From positions 1 to 64,000 of IMG/VR virus record IMGVR_UViG_3300031707_000008: a DNA stretch of 64,000 nucleotides; one strand, 5' to 3'. The notes beneath the pieces were generated by a model that worked only from the letters and a program-made list of their open reading frames with translations, was not told the DNA's origin and did not search any database. Each line of letters begins with the position of its first letter. Within the stretch, counting starts at the first letter, position 1. This document shows positions 48,110 to 58,128 of the stretch, piece after piece. Made by a program: the position numbers and the translations under genes. Source of the stretch: a virus.

Positions 48110-48484
48110 ATGTTGTGTGTATATGTTGCAGGAAAATATTCTGCTAATAGCGTTCTCGGGGTGTTTGAAAATATGCGTTTGGGGATGCAAATGTCCGCGA
48201 AACTTTTGCATTTAGGGTATGCTGTGTATTCTCCTTGGATGGACTATCATTTTAATTTGATGTCTCCTGAAGGGGAGATGTGTACTTTAGAGATGCTATA
48301 CGAAAACGGCTTGGCGTGGTTGGAAGTCTCTGACATTCTTTTCGTAATGCTCGATAGTAAAGATTCCGTTGGCGTTCAACAAGAAATAGCATTCGCAAAC
48401 GCCCACGGCATTCCTGTCGTTTTATATGACGTGTTCGAATTGCTTAAACGTTTTCCCCCGGAGGGACCAGATGCGACTCCGTAA
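48110..48484 (+). CDS. Nucleoside deoxyribosyltransferase-fold protein (DUF4406/DUF1937-like)
   Basis: VYVAGKYS, SP, WLEVSD, SVGVQQEIAFA..HGIPV. Confidence 0.75.
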   Translation: MLCVYVAGKYSANSVLGVFENMRLGMQMSAKLLHLGYAVYSPWMDYHFNLMSPEGEMCTLEMLYENGLAWLEVSDILFVMLDSKDSVGVQQEIAFANAHGIPVVLYDVFELLKRFPPEGPDATP

Positions 48485-50480
48485 GTTGTATTTGAGTGGT
48501 TTTAAGGGCCTCAAATACGGTTTGATGAACGTTAACGAATTGAAGATTAACTTTGACGAAATCCCTGAAGGGTTGTGTGCAATTGTGGGTGAAAATGGTT
48601 GTGGAAAAACAACCATCATGGACAATTGTCAACCATACGTGACGTTACCTTCGCGGGTTGGGAAATTGTCAGAACACGTAATAGGTGAAGGTGTACGCGA
48701 TTTGGAGTTTACGGTTGGTGCAAAAACTTATCGCTCGATTATACGTGTTTCGGAAAAAGGAAAACATGATGTAGAATTGTCGTGTGATGGTGAATCGTTA
48801 ACAAAATCATATCGAGAGTATGAGGAGAGACTCGAGAAACTTCTTGGGCCCCTTGAAGTGTTTCTCGCAGGAGTTTTTTGCGCGCAAAAGCGTGTACTTT
48901 TTGGGCAGATGGAACGTGGAACGCGCAAGGAGTTATTCTTTCATCTTTATGATTTACGCAAGTATTTGAAGTGGTTCGAAGACTTGGGGAATTTACAAGG
49001 GTTGTTGACAACGTACATTTCGTTGCTGGATGGAGCGATTGCAAGTACACGTGATCGTTTAAGCAACAAAATCGCACAATTGCCAACGTATAACGTTCAC
49101 CCAGCAAAGAGTGCAACTTCTCGCGTGTTTTTAGATACGGCGGATGCGTTACACAAACGCCAAAGTGTAGTGAACAACCTAGAGAAGAATTCTACATTAC
49201 TTGAAGAATTACAACGTAGTTTGAGTGAGACGATTGCAGAAAAGATTTCTATAGATACGCGAGTAAATTACTACAGAGAAACTTTATTGAGTTTGTCGAA
49301 CGAAGAGAACGTCTTGCTTTCGCAGATACTTAGTGTTGGGGAACTTGAACTTTGGACGGAAGATGCTCTTCGTGGAGTGCGTGTTTCTTTGGATGAATTG
49401 TCGCGATTACAAACGTTACAAGCACAATTGCGCGACCGTTTAGCGAATGCTGCGATTGCAGAGAGTGTACCATGTGTTCGGACGACGTATGCAGATGCTT
49501 GTCCGTTGTTGGAGAAGTTTCTTGTAGAAGGTTCGAAGGCTTCCTTGGAAGAAACATGGAAGGAAACGACAGAGAAGATTGATGCCTTACTAAAAGAACG
49601 CGACCGCTGGAATACTTATTTGACAACGGTCTCACTTTTAAAATCAACTCAGGACAAGCAAGCGCGTTTGACGCAAGTGCGGGAACGCATATCGTCTGGC
49701 CAAAAGTTTTTTGAAGAGGCACAATCTAAGCAATGTGAACTTATACTTAAGTTGACGACTTTGAACGAACGCGTTGAGTCCTTGCGTGAGGACTTCACAG
49801 TTCTGTCTAGTGCGCGAATGGAATTGTCCGAAACCTCACAAATTTTCACGAGATTACGTAAAGAACTTGATTTGTTTTTCGATGGTACTTTGGAAATTGA
49901 ACGTTTGAACCAAGAAGTACGCGATTTCAACAAGGCGTTGATATTGGCACACGCGCGACTTTTGGATGTTTTGTCTTTGAAGGACGCTTGTGGGAAAAAC
50001 GGTATTCCGGCACTTGAATTGGATGCGGCGGGGGAAGAATTTGCCTCGATTGCGAATACGTTGCTAGAAGAGTTTGGTTATCGTTTATGGTTGACTACAC
50101 TGAAAAGGAATCGTGATGGTTCTCTTGCGGAAGATTTTTCTGTGCAAGTTTCCCATGGGGATGGGGTCGTAACACCCTTACAATGGCTTTCTGGAGGAGA
50201 AGCGGTTTGGGTTGAAGCGGCTATCGCTGTAGCTGTACAAATTGTGCATTGTCGCCGGGCAGTTGCGCCGTTCGCTACTGCGTTTATCGATGAATTTGAC
50301 GGGAGTCTTTCCCACGAGAATCGCGTAAAATATTATAGATTGTTGCGTCTTGCTCATGATTTAACAAATCGCCGTCATACGTTCGTGATAACGCAAGACA
50401 GAACTTTAGCATCTATGCTTGGCAACGCGTTAATTTGTGAACCCGGTGGCGTGCGAATTTCAACTTTACCCGTGAGGTAA
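48471..50480 (+). CDS. SbcC/Rad50-like ATPase
   Basis: GENGCGKTT, coiled coil with central Cys hook region, LSGGE, FIDE.DG. Confidence 0.9.
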   Translation: MRLRKLYLSGFKGLKYGLMNVNELKINFDEIPEGLCAIVGENGCGKTTIMDNCQPYVTLPSRVGKLSEHVIGEGVRDLEFTVGAKTYRSIIRVSEKGKHDVELSCDGESLTKSYREYEERLEKLLGPLEVFLAGVFCAQKRVLFGQMERGTRKELFFHLYDLRKYLKWFEDLGNLQGLLTTYISLLDGAIASTRDRLSNKIAQLPTYNVHPAKSATSRVFLDTADALHKRQSVVNNLEKNSTLLEELQRSLSETIAEKISIDTRVNYYRETLLSLSNEENVLLSQILSVGELELWTEDALRGVRVSLDELSRLQTLQAQLRDRLANAAIAESVPCVRTTYADACPLLEKFLVEGSKASLEETWKETTEKIDALLKERDRWNTYLTTVSLLKSTQDKQARLTQVRERISSGQKFFEEAQSKQCELILKLTTLNERVESLREDFTVLSSARMELSETSQIFTRLRKELDLFFDGTLEIERLNQEVRDFNKALILAHARLLDVLSLKDACGKNGIPALELDAAGEEFASIANTLLEEFGYRLWLTTLKRNRDGSLAEDFSVQVSHGDGVVTPLQWLSGGEAVWVEAAIAVAVQIVHCRRAVAPFATAFIDEFDGSLSHENRVKYYRLLRLAHDLTNRRHTFVITQDRTLASMLGNALICEPGGVRISTLPVR

Positions 50481-50484
50481 ATAA

Positions 50485-51744
50485 GTGAGAAAACGTGGAG
50501 GAATTCCTTCGAATGTTGATGCACGTGAACGACTTTTAACGAAGGCGGTTGAGTTCGTAAGAACTTGTAGAGGTGCCGCATTCAAGATAAATCAAGAACG
50601 GTTTGAACGGTTCGCTACAACGGACAGAAATACCATCAGGAAGCACTTTACCTCTTTCGCGGGGATGATAGTGGAAGCCTTGATGGAGAATCAGGATGCG
50701 ATTGAGGCAATATCTGGGGAGAATCGCTTTTATTCATCTGTGTTGAAACAATTGTTGAAAGAACGTGGGTCGGCGAATCGTTTGATTGCTGCAGTTGAAG
50801 AACGTTTATGCGCGGCGAAGTTTGCGACAGTAGATCCGCCACATCCTCGGGCAGTTCGTGCGGGATCGGAGTTGGTGTTTTTTCTGTTGATGTCTGATCA
50901 TCATATAGGAAGTTTCGTGTCTTCACCGGATACGGCGGGTTTGGAAGTATATAACTTTGGTGTATATCAAAAGCGTTTGGATACACTACTCGATCGTGTT
51001 TTGCTTTTCAAATCCCTTCACAGTTCTCATTCGGTTGTGAGAAAGATTATTCTTCCGGTATTGGGTGACGTTGTGGAAGGTGCCAATATTTACGCGACGC
51101 AAGCTTACGAAGTGGATCGTGTGGTTGTCGATCAAGTATTTTCAGGACTTGAATTGTGGCATCAGTTTTTGTTGAAACTTTGTGCGGAGTTCGAGGTGGT
51201 AGAGTTGTTTTGTGTTTGGGGCAATCATGGAAGACTTGGTAAAGAACACCCAACACGCGTGAATTGGGATTATGTTTTTTATCGTTTCTTGCAAAACTTG
51301 TTTAGGGAGAAGCAATCTAATTTGAGAATTTACGTTTCGGAAACGCCCTTTATGATCTTTCGCGAAGGAGAGAAGCATTTTTACTTGCATCACGGAGATA
51401 ATGTACAACGGTATGTTTCTTTGCCCTTTTACGGACTGGATAGAATGGCTCGGCGTTTAAGTGGACTTTTTCGTGTATTTTTGGATTACGTAATGATTGG
51501 GCACTTTCACCAACCCGCGACATTACCTTTCACTTATGGTAAAATGTTTATAAATGGTAGTATGCGGGGGACGTCTCAGTTTGCGATTGAACGTTTGACT
51601 GAAGGAGGAATCCCTTCGCAAACATTGTTGACTTTTCATGCGCAACAAGGTGTAACAGGAATACACGAGTTAGTTCTAAGCACTCAACCGAAGTTGCGTG
51701 CGAATGCTCGGGGAATTTTTACAAAAACTTCACGTGGGAGTTGA
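50485..51744 (+). CDS. Calcineurin-like metallophosphoesterase
   Basis: SDHHIG, LGDVVEG, GNHGR, HHGD, GHFH. Confidence 0.85.
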   Translation: MRKRGGIPSNVDARERLLTKAVEFVRTCRGAAFKINQERFERFATTDRNTIRKHFTSFAGMIVEALMENQDAIEAISGENRFYSSVLKQLLKERGSANRLIAAVEERLCAAKFATVDPPHPRAVRAGSELVFFLLMSDHHIGSFVSSPDTAGLEVYNFGVYQKRLDTLLDRVLLFKSLHSSHSVVRKIILPVLGDVVEGANIYATQAYEVDRVVVDQVFSGLELWHQFLLKLCAEFEVVELFCVWGNHGRLGKEHPTRVNWDYVFYRFLQNLFREKQSNLRIYVSETPFMIFREGEKHFYLHHGDNVQRYVSLPFYGLDRMARRLSGLFRVFLDYVMIGHFHQPATLPFTYGKMFINGSMRGTSQFAIERLTEGGIPSQTLLTFHAQQGVTGIHELVLSTQPKLRANARGIFTKTSRGS

Positions 51745-51746
51745 TT

Positions 51747-52127
51747 ATGAGTAAGTTACCGCGAGATGAAACGACTTGTAAGCAGTTTATAGCGCGTGGA
51801 AATTCTGTCGATTATGCAGAGAAGAAGGCACTGGGGGAATTGTTGGCAATTGTCGAGTTAATGAGGAAAACGTTCAACAAGTTAAATTCGCTTTCACTTG
51901 CGAAGGAATTAGTTTTGCGCGAAGGGGATTTTGGATTATGTTTGTACACTCATTGTGCACCGGGGTGTTACGCGGATGTGATTTTTTCGCCTTCTTCCAA
52001 AGAAGTTCAAGTGGATGTATTCGTTGCAGAAACTCGTGAAAAAATTGCCTCGAACACATTTCTTCCTCAGGTGACGGAAGCAGAAATTTTACACTTTATT
52101 GATAAGGTTTTTTGGACGAATACGTGA
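51747..52127 (+). CDS. Hypothetical protein
   Basis: ORF in operon. Confidence 0.6.
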   Translation: MSKLPRDETTCKQFIARGNSVDYAEKKALGELLAIVELMRKTFNKLNSLSLAKELVLREGDFGLCLYTHCAPGCYADVIFSPSSKEVQVDVFVAETREKIASNTFLPQVTEAEILHFIDKVFWTNT

Positions 52128-52134
52128 GGTGTGT

Positions 52135-53397
52135 GTGGAATTTACACTGGATTTTCAACGCAAAATTTTAGCGTGTCTTTATCGTCTTCCTGTATTTATG
52201 CAACAAAATTGTACTTTGGTGTCAGAAGGGATGTTTGACGCGGCAACGTATTCACTTTTGTCTACAGTGTTGACGACTTTTTGGAATGAGCATACTGTTC
52301 TTCCCTCGAAGACGTCAATCTTGCAAGTGTTAACCAATGCGGGGCAGGCTTCTGGAACTATTGAGGGTATAAGTTCTTTGTTGGACGAATTGGATAAAGA
52401 GAATTTGGAAGATATTGTCTTTGTCGAACAACAAATCTCGATATTTGCTCGCGTTCAAGCGATTGTTAGAGCTATTGAGGAGAATAATCGTTTGTTAACT
52501 GTAGGCGAAGTAGAAGACTTTCAGAGTATTCTACAAAAAGCCTTTCTAGTAGGAACCCACCGCGAATTTGGGATTGATTTCTTTGATCATGAACCTGAGT
52601 TTGAAGAAGATATTGTTAATGCCGTCCCGACACTGATTCCTCCATTGGATGCGAGAATTGGTTGGGGTTTGTTGCCGGGCGAATTGGGTGTGTGGTTAGG
52701 TGATACTGGGATGGGGAAAACTCATGCATTGATTCACTGCGCGAAGGCGGGAGTGTATTTTCGCAAGAACGTTGTGATGTACACGTTCGAAATGTCGCAT
52801 GAGCAATTGGTGGTGCGTTTATCTTCAAGTTTTATTGGTGTTCCCCCGCAACAGTTGCGTTTTTCTCGTGCGAAGTTGAGAGCATTCCGGAATCATATGC
52901 GTCTTTGCGCGGGCAAATTGTTAATAAAAGAGTTTCCTATGGGTGGCGCCACTGTGGCACAATTGAAAGAACATTTGTATAGTTTGGATTTTGTTCCGGG
53001 GTTGGTCGTAGTCGATTACGCAGACGTAATGAAACCTACGAAGGATTACGACGATTTGTACCGCACGATTGGTGCGGTATATGAGCAATTGAAAGGTCTC
53101 GCTCAAGAGTTTCATGTTCCTGTTTGGACGGCTTCACAAGCTTCTCGAGAAAGCCGAAAAGTGGAGCAAGTAGATTTAATTCATATCGCGGATTCTTACG
53201 AGAAGGCGCGAAAAGCGGATGTTATCGTTGGAATGTCGCAGAACGAACAGGAGAGACAAGATCACATTATGCGTTTAACTTTAAACAAAAGCCGAAAGTC
53301 CGCTGGTGGAATGACCTTTGAGATTCGACAGGACTACAATCGCATGTTATTTTACAAAATTGATGTGAATACCGCGTCTTTTGCGAATAGGGGATAG
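52135..53397 (+). CDS. DnaB-like replicative helicase (SF4)
   Basis: GDTGMGKT, TFEMS, VVDYAD, WTASQ, KSR. Confidence 0.92.
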   Translation: MEFTLDFQRKILACLYRLPVFMQQNCTLVSEGMFDAATYSLLSTVLTTFWNEHTVLPSKTSILQVLTNAGQASGTIEGISSLLDELDKENLEDIVFVEQQISIFARVQAIVRAIEENNRLLTVGEVEDFQSILQKAFLVGTHREFGIDFFDHEPEFEEDIVNAVPTLIPPLDARIGWGLLPGELGVWLGDTGMGKTHALIHCAKAGVYFRKNVVMYTFEMSHEQLVVRLSSSFIGVPPQQLRFSRAKLRAFRNHMRLCAGKLLIKEFPMGGATVAQLKEHLYSLDFVPGLVVVDYADVMKPTKDYDDLYRTIGAVYEQLKGLAQEFHVPVWTASQASRESRKVEQVDLIHIADSYEKARKADVIVGMSQNEQERQDHIMRLTLNKSRKSAGGMTFEIRQDYNRMLFYKIDVNTASFANRG

Positions 53398-53401
53398 TTT
53401 G

Positions 53402-54382
53402 ATGTCAAACTTTTCGCGTGGGGCGGCTAGGACGATGCATGAGTATTTAGAAACTCTCCCAGGATTTCATACGCAAACTGGTGAAGAAGTTTCTATAAAT
53501 TGCTTGAAGCGTAATTGTGGTGACGTACGTTCTCACTTATGGTTTAACACACAGATAGGTTTGGGGTATTGTTATAAGTGCCGTAGTCGGTGGAGTATGA
53601 CTACAGTTATTCAAGTTATCGAAGGTCTCCCTCGCCCACCCGCGTTGATGCGGGCGAAGCAGTTGGGATTTGTTGAAAATCCTTTGTTGCGCCCGCGTCT
53701 CGAGGAGACGGACTTGGATAAATTTACTTTACCTCAAAGTGTTGATCTTGAAAAGTTGGGTTTTATGAAAGCCGCTTGGAATGAGATAGCACGAACGTAC
53801 TTGCACAATCGTGGTGTATCTTATCAGCAAATGTGGGAGTTTAATATTCAATTTGGGATTAATGGCAAGTATCGCGGACGGATTGGTTTCCCGATTGAAA
53901 TGTTTGGGAGGTGTCGGGGTTTCGTTAGTCGTGATTTAGCACCAAAGGGTTCTTGGCGAATAATGTCTGGACTCTCACGCGATAGTGTGATTTATAACTT
54001 TGATGTTTGTCGGAATTCTTTGCATATAGTTTTAGTTGAAGGACCCTTCGATGTGATTCATATGCCGTTTGTTGCTGGTGGTTTGCTTTCTAATAACATT
54101 TCTGACAAACAAATCGCGTTATTGCGTTGTAGCAAAGTCGAAACTGTTTACGTCATGCTCGATAGCGATGCCGGACCAGAGGCAGCTGGTGTTTGTCGGA
54201 AATTGTTACCTTATTTTCACGTAATGTTGTGCCCTATTAAGGGTGATCCGACAGATGTGCCTCAAGAACGCTTGCGAACTCTTTTGCGTTGTGCGAAACC
54301 TTATGATATAAAAGAGTCGTTTAATTTCGTAGCAACTTCGCTGCGAGAAAGGGTGTTTGGCCATGCCGCTGTTCATAAATGA
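53402..54382 (+). CDS. DNA primase (Zn finger + TOPRIM)
   Basis: C....C...CYKC, YLHNRG, VEGPFD, MLDSD. Confidence 0.88.
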   Translation: MSNFSRGAARTMHEYLETLPGFHTQTGEEVSINCLKRNCGDVRSHLWFNTQIGLGYCYKCRSRWSMTTVIQVIEGLPRPPALMRAKQLGFVENPLLRPRLEETDLDKFTLPQSVDLEKLGFMKAAWNEIARTYLHNRGVSYQQMWEFNIQFGINGKYRGRIGFPIEMFGRCRGFVSRDLAPKGSWRIMSGLSRDSVIYNFDVCRNSLHIVLVEGPFDVIHMPFVAGGLLSNNISDKQIALLRCSKVETVYVMLDSDAGPEAAGVCRKLLPYFHVMLCPIKGDPTDVPQERLRTLLRCAKPYDIKESFNFVATSLRERVFGHAAVHK

Positions 54383-55076
54383 AATTTTCGATAGCTTCCA
54401 GGGTGAGGGAATTCATGCTGGTAGATTTTGTACGTTCGTGAGATTCGAAGGATGCTCCGTGGGTTGCCCCTGGTGTGACACAAAATATGCCGCACGATAT
54501 CATACGGGTTGCGTTACCCCCCCGGAAGACATCGAGAAAGGATGTTTGCCTTTTGTAGTACTAACTGGTGGTGAACCACTTGAGCAAGATTTAAAGTCAC
54601 TTGACTACTTGTGTGGAGTCTTGTTGAATACGGGGCATCAAGTTTGTATTGAAACAGCGGGACACATTTTATTTCCCCACGCAACTTGCAACTTACGCGC
54701 AGTTGATGGTATTGGTGTTTCTCCTAAAGTAGGTTTTTGGTTGGACATGAAAGTTAAACAAGCCATCCTTCGTTGGAACAACTATCATGTCTTGTACGAT
54801 ATTCCCGTGTGGTTTAAGTTCGTGGTTGACTCTCTGGAGGATGTTTATCACGTAATTGAAGTGTTAAAACCTCTACAGAAAATTATGTGTACTGGAAAGT
54901 GCCCTTTTATTTTGCAACCTCAAGGTTTGCGTAGCATCCCGGAAATAAAACGCTTGCAGTTGCAGATAGTGCGTGACTTGCGTGTGAAGAGTTTCGTGAA
55001 ACAAAGTGGATTCGATATACGTTTGTTGCCACAACAACACAGATTATTGTGGGGTCGCGGAAAAAGGGGTGTTTAA
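54363..55076 (+). CDS. queE: 7-carboxy-7-deazaguanine synthase (radical SAM)
   Basis: EIFDSFQGEG, FVRFEGCSVGCPWCDTKY, LTGGEP, IET, VSPK, PQQH. Confidence 0.95.
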   Translation: MPLFINEIFDSFQGEGIHAGRFCTFVRFEGCSVGCPWCDTKYAARYHTGCVTPPEDIEKGCLPFVVLTGGEPLEQDLKSLDYLCGVLLNTGHQVCIETAGHILFPHATCNLRAVDGIGVSPKVGFWLDMKVKQAILRWNNYHVLYDIPVWFKFVVDSLEDVYHVIEVLKPLQKIMCTGKCPFILQPQGLRSIPEIKRLQLQIVRDLRVKSFVKQSGFDIRLLPQQHRLLWGRGKRGV

Positions 55077-55570
55077 TGCAAGAAGTGCAAACACCGAATA
55101 ACTTTACGTCAGTTGCGTTACGTTTTTGGGACAAACCTAAAATTTTACGTATTTTCTTTATAGCTTGGCATGTCCATACTCACACCAACGAAGAAATACA
55201 CGAACTGGATGTTATCCTCAAAGTTGCCGTAGAGAGAGTTTTCGAAAAAGTTCGTGATCGTTGTATTGCACCCGTAAAACGTTGGAGCGAAATGCAACAC
55301 AAGGAAGATAACTTCTCTTATTTCATGTTTGATGCAGATTCCTTGAATTGTACTCACTTGTTTGAGAATATGCTTTTTCGTGCAGCGTTACGGAAGAAGA
55401 GTGCATTATTAGATTTTCACAACTTCCGCGATATAGGTTTCGAGATTCGTGAAGCAGTCTCCGCAACAACACATGTCCCGGTAGATTATACGGTTCGCGT
55501 GCGACTTGTACGTTTTATGCCTCCCGTTGTTTTTTCTCGTGAAGATGTGAAGAGATGGCAAAATGGGTAG
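55076..55570 (+). CDS. Hypothetical protein coupled to queE
   Basis: TAATG overlap; HVHTH motif. Confidence 0.6.
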   Translation: MQEVQTPNNFTSVALRFWDKPKILRIFFIAWHVHTHTNEEIHELDVILKVAVERVFEKVRDRCIAPVKRWSEMQHKEDNFSYFMFDADSLNCTHLFENMLFRAALRKKSALLDFHNFRDIGFEIREAVSATTHVPVDYTVRVRLVRFMPPVVFSREDVKRWQNG

Positions 55571-56123
55571 AGGAAGAACACGTATTTGTGGGAATTGTGC
55601 TGCATGGGAACGTTTGGGTGAAGGATGTATATGGGGAAGGTGTATTAACGATAACGTTCTTGCACACGTGTTAGATAGGCGAGTATTTTATCATGAACAG
55701 ATGCTCCGATGTGCTTTCTTCAAGAACGCTAGTGATCGCGAAGCGATTGCGACGTCTCACCTCAAAAAGCATTTTGCGAGTGAGGATTTGATTTCTTTGC
55801 GTGAACTTCAGCAAGTATCTCATACGCATGCATTGGTGAAGCATTTTTGGGAAGACTCGCTTGATACGATTCCTACTAAGTTGGCATTAATTCATTCTGA
55901 AGTCTCGGAAGCGCTTGAAGAATTTCGTTGTGGGGGGGAATTGAGGGGTTTTACCCTTGGAATCGATGGTAAACCAGAAGGGTTTTCAATAGAGTTAGCT
56001 GATATCATAATTCGTGTTGCTGATTTAGCAGAACACTTCGGGATTGATTTGACGGATGCAGTTCGCGTGAAAACTACTTTTAACTTTACTCGTCCCACAC
56101 GTCACGGGGGCAAGAAACTATGA
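55563..56123 (+). CDS. MazG-like NTP pyrophosphohydrolase with N-terminal Cys domain
   Basis: KLALIHSEVSEALEE...ELADIIIRVADL. Confidence 0.85.
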   Translation: MGRGRTRICGNCAAWERLGEGCIWGRCINDNVLAHVLDRRVFYHEQMLRCAFFKNASDREAIATSHLKKHFASEDLISLRELQQVSHTHALVKHFWEDSLDTIPTKLALIHSEVSEALEEFRCGGELRGFTLGIDGKPEGFSIELADIIIRVADLAEHFGIDLTDAVRVKTTFNFTRPTRHGGKKL

Positions 56124-56716
56124 AAAAAAAAGCGTTGCGTGTAGTTACCTCCAAGAAGAAACGTCTGCTGAATAAGAATCCTGTGGAAGACTTGTTGAAA
56201 CGACACATCCTTTTTGTCCCAGATGACATTTCCGCGAGTTCGTGTGCACAACTCTTGAAAGAATTGATAGCAATAGCTACCTCGCGTTGTAGGCGGGATG
56301 TACATTTATTTGTGTGTAGTTCTGGCGGGCAGGTTGATATTTCTCGCGCTCTTGTTGAGGTCTTACTCGCAATGCCGCAGAAAGTTGTGACTTATGGAAT
56401 TGGAACAGTTTGTTCTGCAGCGTTGACGATCTTTCTCGCGGGCAAGGAACGTATTACACTTCCCAGTACGATTTTCTTGTTGCACCAATTTTCTTGGGGG
56501 GAGGCTCACGTGAAATATCACGAGTTGGTGGGTCGTCGCGAAATTGAGGATACTGTTTACAAGTTGACGGAAGAGTATTACTATGCTCGTACTCGTAGTG
56601 ATCTTGTTCGGGTTTTGTGTAGGGAAAAGACAGATAAATGGTTTACAGGGAAGCAGGCTTTTACGTGGAATATCGCAACGAAGTTGGTTGATCACTTAAC
56701 GATTCCTCAAGTGTAA
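56120..56716 (+). CDS. ClpP-like serine protease
   Basis: SSGG, G.VCSAA, R...P...FLLHQ, DKWFT. Confidence 0.85.
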   Translation: MKKKALRVVTSKKKRLLNKNPVEDLLKRHILFVPDDISASSCAQLLKELIAIATSRCRRDVHLFVCSSGGQVDISRALVEVLLAMPQKVVTYGIGTVCSAALTIFLAGKERITLPSTIFLLHQFSWGEAHVKYHELVGRREIEDTVYKLTEEYYYARTRSDLVRVLCREKTDKWFTGKQAFTWNIATKLVDHLTIPQV

Positions 56717-56811
56717 GTTGTTAGAAAGGAATGAAGCAATTCTATTGCAACACTGAAGAATAGGGTTGCTACTACCTCACAGATGAAAAGGTATTTCGAT
56801 AAAAAATTTAC

Positions 56812-56840
56812 TTGATTTTTGGATTGGCATATCGTATATT
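56812..56840 (+). promoter_or_regulatory. Sigma70-type promoter (TTGATT-N17-TATATT) upstream of the sigma factor
   Basis: Same -35 and upstream context as the early promoters. Confidence 0.65.
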
Positions 56841-56884
56841 ATTATTGAAGGCAAGCGAAATGAAAGAACACGTAAATCTGCGAG

Positions 56885-57460
56885 GTGATTGTGAAACAGA
56901 ATGAAGTTTCTGAGAAGAAGTTCGAAGAGGCTTTGAAGGAATTGCAAGGTTTGATAGTGTGGCAGGCAAAGAGATTTCAACCAAGTTTGTACAGTTTAGG
57001 TGCAGAACTTGATGATCTTATTCAAGTTGGCAAGATTGTATTACTTCGTGCCATGAGAACTTACTCTGAGGGGCATAAGGCGTCTTTTCGAACGTGGTTT
57101 ACGCAATGTCTCGAAAATGAATTTCGCGAAATGGCGGATTCGGCAAAAGTTCGACAACGCGTTGCTTTTTACGAAGATATTTCGCCTTTGTGTATGGGGA
57201 TGACTTCACAACCCGTTGGGGATGAACATCTTTACGTCGAAGAGATATCGGCACGATTAAGTCAGAAGGCGCGTTCAATTTTTATGTGTCTTGTTAGACC
57301 GTCTATGGAGTTTATGGAGTTTGTACTTGAACGTAAGGCGGGAAGAAGTCTGGTAACGGTAAATCAAATCGACATTGCTGAGTTTCTTCACTTGTCTGAC
57401 GTTTGTGTGGGCGACTACATGAAAGAAGTTCGTAAAGTTTCTTTGGAGATTTTAACATGA
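56885..57460 (+). CDS. Phage RNA polymerase sigma factor
   Basis: Region 2 DDLIQVG.I.L..A..TY.....SFRTW; C-terminal QIDIAEFL HTH. Confidence 0.85.
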   Translation: MIVKQNEVSEKKFEEALKELQGLIVWQAKRFQPSLYSLGAELDDLIQVGKIVLLRAMRTYSEGHKASFRTWFTQCLENEFREMADSAKVRQRVAFYEDISPLCMGMTSQPVGDEHLYVEEISARLSQKARSIFMCLVRPSMEFMEFVLERKAGRSLVTVNQIDIAEFLHLSDVCVGDYMKEVRKVSLEILT

Positions 57461-57544
57461 GGGTGTTCCGAGTGGCAACCATCTCGCAGTGGTTGACGCA
57501 TGCCGGACACCCTCACCCTTCGGGGTTTAAGGAGGTGTGTTCGC

Positions 57545-58042
57545 TTGGTGGATAATGTTTCGGGTGGTGAAGATTGTTTTGGGAAGTATTTCGATTCTAC
57601 TTGTGAAGATTGTATGAGGTGTTCCGCAAAGGATGCATGTTCGAAAGGAACCGCTGCATTCGTTACGAATGTGTCCGATTCACTTGTAACAAAACAGAAG
57701 GAGGTGCCAAATATTATGGTAGAGGAAACCAAGACTGCCGCGAGTGCCACAACGGAAGTAGTTGACGAGAAGGATCCTATCGCTGTAAAGGCGTTAGAGA
57801 TTTGCAAGAAGACGGGTATTCGTTACAACACGATCGGTGGTGGAGTAATTCGCTGGCTTATTCAGGGAGAGGGACAACTAACGGTAGATGAAATCATCGC
57901 CAAGTTGGCCGAGGCTCACCCTGGCAAGGAAGCCAAGAATATCCGTACTCGCTTCTACGAGACTGTAGCCAAGGTACGTGAGACGCTTGGTGCAGACGCC
58001 GTCGTTCGCGAGGACAAGAAGTGGTTTATGAAGCTTGCCTAG
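57545..58042 (+). CDS. Putative DNA-binding protein: Cys cluster + winged-helix-like C-terminus; second start at 57716
   Basis: AGGAGGTG RBS before both starts; LTVDEIIAKL...RTRFY; followed by a terminator. Confidence 0.65.
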   Translation: MVDNVSGGEDCFGKYFDSTCEDCMRCSAKDACSKGTAAFVTNVSDSLVTKQKEVPNIMVEETKTAASATTEVVDEKDPIAVKALEICKKTGIRYNTIGGGVIRWLIQGEGQLTVDEIIAKLAEAHPGKEAKNIRTRFYETVAKVRETLGADAVVREDKKWFMKLA

Positions 58043-58075
58043 ACAGCAAACTCTTTGATTACTTCTTGAGTTGAT

Positions 58076-58115
58076 GATGGGGTGAGCCATCGTGGGTCCC
58101 ACCCCATCTTTTTTT
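58076..58115 (+). terminator. Intrinsic terminator
   Basis: GATGGGGTG...CACCCCATC + T8. Confidence 0.85.
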
Positions 58116-58128
58116 CTTGGAGGAGGTT

